Source: Squalus acanthias (Eukaryota). From it: 64,000 bases of DNA. The stretch spans positions 171,990,001 to 172,054,000 of the forward strand of contig CM059425.1 in assembly GCA_030390025.1 (NCBI GenBank), written 5' to 3'. Position numbers and translations under genes: made by a program. Positions 60,655-64,000 of the stretch are shown here, piece by piece. Below the pieces are notes generated by a model. That model was given only the letters and a program-made list of their open reading frames with translations. It was not told the DNA's origin and did no database searches. Position 1 is the first letter of the stretch. Every line of letters begins with the position of its first letter.

Positions 60655-63600
60655 AGGATAAACGGCACAGAAACAGGCCATTCGGCCCAACCAGTCCATG
60701 CCGGCGTTTACGCTCCACTCAAGCCTCCTCCCGTCTTTCCTCATCTAATTCTATCAATGTAACCCGCTATTCCCTTCTCCCTCATATGCTTGTCCAGCCT
60801 CCCCTTAAATGCATCTATACTATTCGCTTCTGCCACTCCCTGTGATAGCGAGTTCCACATTCCCACTACTCTTTGGGTAAAGAAGTTTCTTCTGAAATCC
60901 CTATTGGATTTCTTGGTGACTATCTTATATTGATGGCCTCTAGTTATACTCTTCCCCACAAGTGGAAACATTCTCTCTGTATCCAATCTATCAAACCCTT
61001 TCATAATTTTAAAGACCTCTATTAGGTCACCCCTCAGCCTTTTTTCAAGAATAAAGAGACCCAGCCTGTTCATCCTTTCCTGATATGTGTACCCTCGCAT
61101 TTCTGGTATCATCCTTGTCAATCTTCTCTGCACCCTCTCCAGTGCCTCTATATCTTTTTTATAACATGGCAACCAGAACTGCTCGCAGTACTCTAAGTGT
61201 GGTCCAACCAAGGTTTGATACAGGTTTAGCATAACTTCCCTACTTTTCAATTCTATCCCTCTAGAAATAAATCCTAGTGCTTGGTTTGCTTTTTTTTATG
61301 GCCTTGCTAACCTGTGGCGCAACATTTAGTGATTTGTGTATTTGTACTCCAAGATCCCTTTGTTCCTCTCCCCCACCTAGACTCGTACCCTCCAAGTGAT
61401 AAGTGACCTCCATATTGTTCCTACCAAAATGTAATACCTCACATTTCGCTGTGTTGAACTTCATTTGCCAATTATTTGCCCATTCTGCAAGTTTATTAAT
61501 GTCCTCCTGTAATTTGTTGCAATCTTCCTCAGTACTGACTATCTCCCCCAATTTGGTATCATCAATTTAGAAATGGTGTTTTTGATTACAAAGTCTAAAT
61601 CGTTAATGTAAATTGTGAACAGCCGTGGTTCCAGCACTGATCCTTGTGGAACACCACTACCCACCTTCTTCCATTGTGAATAGCTACCCTTTACTCCCAC
61701 TCTCTGCTTTCTGTCTTAAAGTCAGCAAGCAATCCATTCTGCTACTTGTCCCTGACTCCGCATTCTCTGACCTTATTCATTAGTCTATTATGGGGTACCT
61801 TATCGAAGGCCTTTTGAAAATCTAGATAAATTACATCTACTGCATTACCATTGTCTACTCTCTCTGTTACCTCTTCAAAAATTCAATAAGGTTGGTGAAG
61901 CAAGATTTTCCCTTTTGAAATCCATGCTGACTATTCATTATTATACTTTTTGGTTTCTAGATGTTCTTCTATTCTCTCCTTTAGTAGGGATTCCATTATT
62001 TTTCCTACCACCAATATTAAGCTGACTGGTCTATAGTTCCCTGGACATGTTCTATCCCCCTTCTTAAATATAGGTGTTATGTTAACTACCCGCCAGTCCT
62101 CTGGCACTACTTTTTCTTACAAATTATTAAATATGTGTAGTAATGCCTCTGCTATCTCTTCCCTAGATTCTTTTAAAATGCATGGATACAATCCATCTGG
62201 ACCTGGGGTTTTATCCTGTTTGAGTTTGATTAGTTTATTTAATATATCCCCTTTTTAAATTTTAAATGCACTTATCTCATTACTCATCTCATCATCCAAT
62301 GTCATGTCTACCTGTTCTATCTCCCTGGTAAATACTGAAGCGAACTAATGATTTAATATTTCTGCCATCTCCCTATCGTTACCTATGGTATTGTCGTGTC
62401 TGTCTCTTAATGGCCCTATTTCGATTCTAATCTTCCTTTTTTTATTGAGGTGCCTGTAAAATATTTTACTATTTTGTTTTATGTTCCTTGATAATTTAAT
62501 TTCATAGTTCCTCTTTGCCTTCCTAATTGTTTCTTTGACTTCTCTCCTAATCCCTTCGTATTCTCTCTTATCATGCACTCCTCTGCTGTCTATGTACTTA
62601 ATGTATGCCTCTTTCCTTACCCTCAATTGTTTCCTTATGTCTTTATTCATCCATGGAGACTCATTAGTGTTTCGTTTGTTCTTTCCTTTTAGCGGAATAT
62701 ATTTTTCCTGCACTCTGTTGAACACTGTTTTAAATGTTTCCCATTGTCGTTCTACATTGTTGTTTGCCAATATTGTTGCCCATTTTATCTTCCCAAGTTC
62801 TATTCTCAGCCCCTGAAAATCAGCTTTTCTCCAATCTATTAACCTATTTTTTGTCATACTTATGTCCTTCTCTATTATCATCTTAAAGCGTATTATATTA
62901 TGGTCACTATTGCCTATATGTTCCCCGACTTTTACTTCTCTTATCTGCTCTCGCTCATTCCCCATAACTAGATCCAATAACGAATTCTCCCTTGTTGGGC
63001 TTTTTACATATTTGGTTAGAAGGGAGTCCTGTACACATTGTAGGAACTCTATTCCCTTATCCCCTTTACCTACCTCTTCTGTCCAATTAATATCGGGGTA
63101 GTTGAAATCCCCCATGATGATTATTCTATGTTTTTTACTAATTTCTCTAATTTATCTGTATAGTTCTTCCTCCACCTCCCTTCCACTATGAGGTGGTCTG
63201 TAGACTATGCCTATTAGTGTGATTGATCTTTTATTATCTTTTATCTCTATCCATATGGATTCTATTTTTGTCTTGCTGATATCTACTTCCCTTTTTCTAC
63301 TGCCATTATGTTGTCCCTAATAAGTACAGCTACTCCCCTTTTTCCCTCTCTATCTTTTCTAAATATGTTGTACCCTGCAGTGTTTAATTCCCAGTCCTCA
63401 TTTTTCTGCAGCCATGACTCATTAATCCCTACTATGTCTGGTTCCTCCCAATGCATGATTGCCTCCAGCTCGCCTCTTTTATTGCAGACATTGTGTACAT
63501 TGCTGTATAGACAGTTGACTCATTTTTAATAGGATTTCCTTTCACTTCATGTTTAACCATCTTTTTAGACTCCTGTTCGATAACTCTATTTGCTCCCTTG

Positions 63601-64000
63601 CCGTCAATGTCTTCCCTTACTTTATTCTTTCCGATGCTCACTTTTCCTGTTTTGTTTATATTTAGGCTGCTTACGTTTCTTGTAAATCCCTCCCCCCTTC
63701 TTACTTGTTTAAAGCCTTTGCCACCTCCCTATTTACCCTTTCTGCTAGGACACGGGGCCCATTCAGGTTCAGGTGGAGCCCGTCCCATCGGTACAGCTCC
63801 TTCCTGTCCCTGAACTGGTGCCAGTGTCCCATGAAGAGGAGCCCCTCTTTCCCACACCAGCCCTTTAGCCACGTGTTAATTCTCCTGATCTGTCTGCTTC
63901 TATGCCAATTTGCATGTGGCTCCGGCAATAATCCAGAGATTATTACCCTCGAGGTCCTGCTTTTTAATTTAGATCCTAACTCCTGATACTCTTTCAGCAG
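60655..64000 (-). mobile_element. CR1 LINE (ORF1 end, APE, RT, 3' UTR) running off the window
   Basis: ORFs 63701-63928 (WDGLHLN), 62345-63115 (GDFN, LDLV, SDH), 61261-61551 and 60741-61250. Confidence 0.93.

Overview
Eukaryotic, repeat-dominated vertebrate DNA; the repeat repertoire suggests a cartilaginous fish (inference). Most of the window is nested retroelements. CR1 LINEs (ORF1 zinc finger/SGNH esterase, ORF2 APE-RT) dominate, alongside a second CR1/L2-group LINE with a tRNA-like 5' head, L2 and RTE relics and SINEs. There are many Penelope-like elements (PLEs). Two are near-perfect fold-back palindromes (14173-15530, 42075-43123) with 16-bp TSDs and a minimal hammerhead ribozyme on each arm. 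A class I (epsilon-like) endogenous retrovirus (24942-32990, tRNA-Ser PBS) has two divergent RNase H-integrase segments, a small transmembrane ORF and a condensed env. Nested in it is a young gag-pro-only Mag-like Gypsy element whose PBS position is complementary to its own LTR (possible self-priming). A CpG-containing promoter at about 8.5 kb and four phase-compatible candidate exons (8652-54123) suggest an unidentified host transcript spanning most of the window. Boundaries of degenerate repeats are approximate (read by eye).
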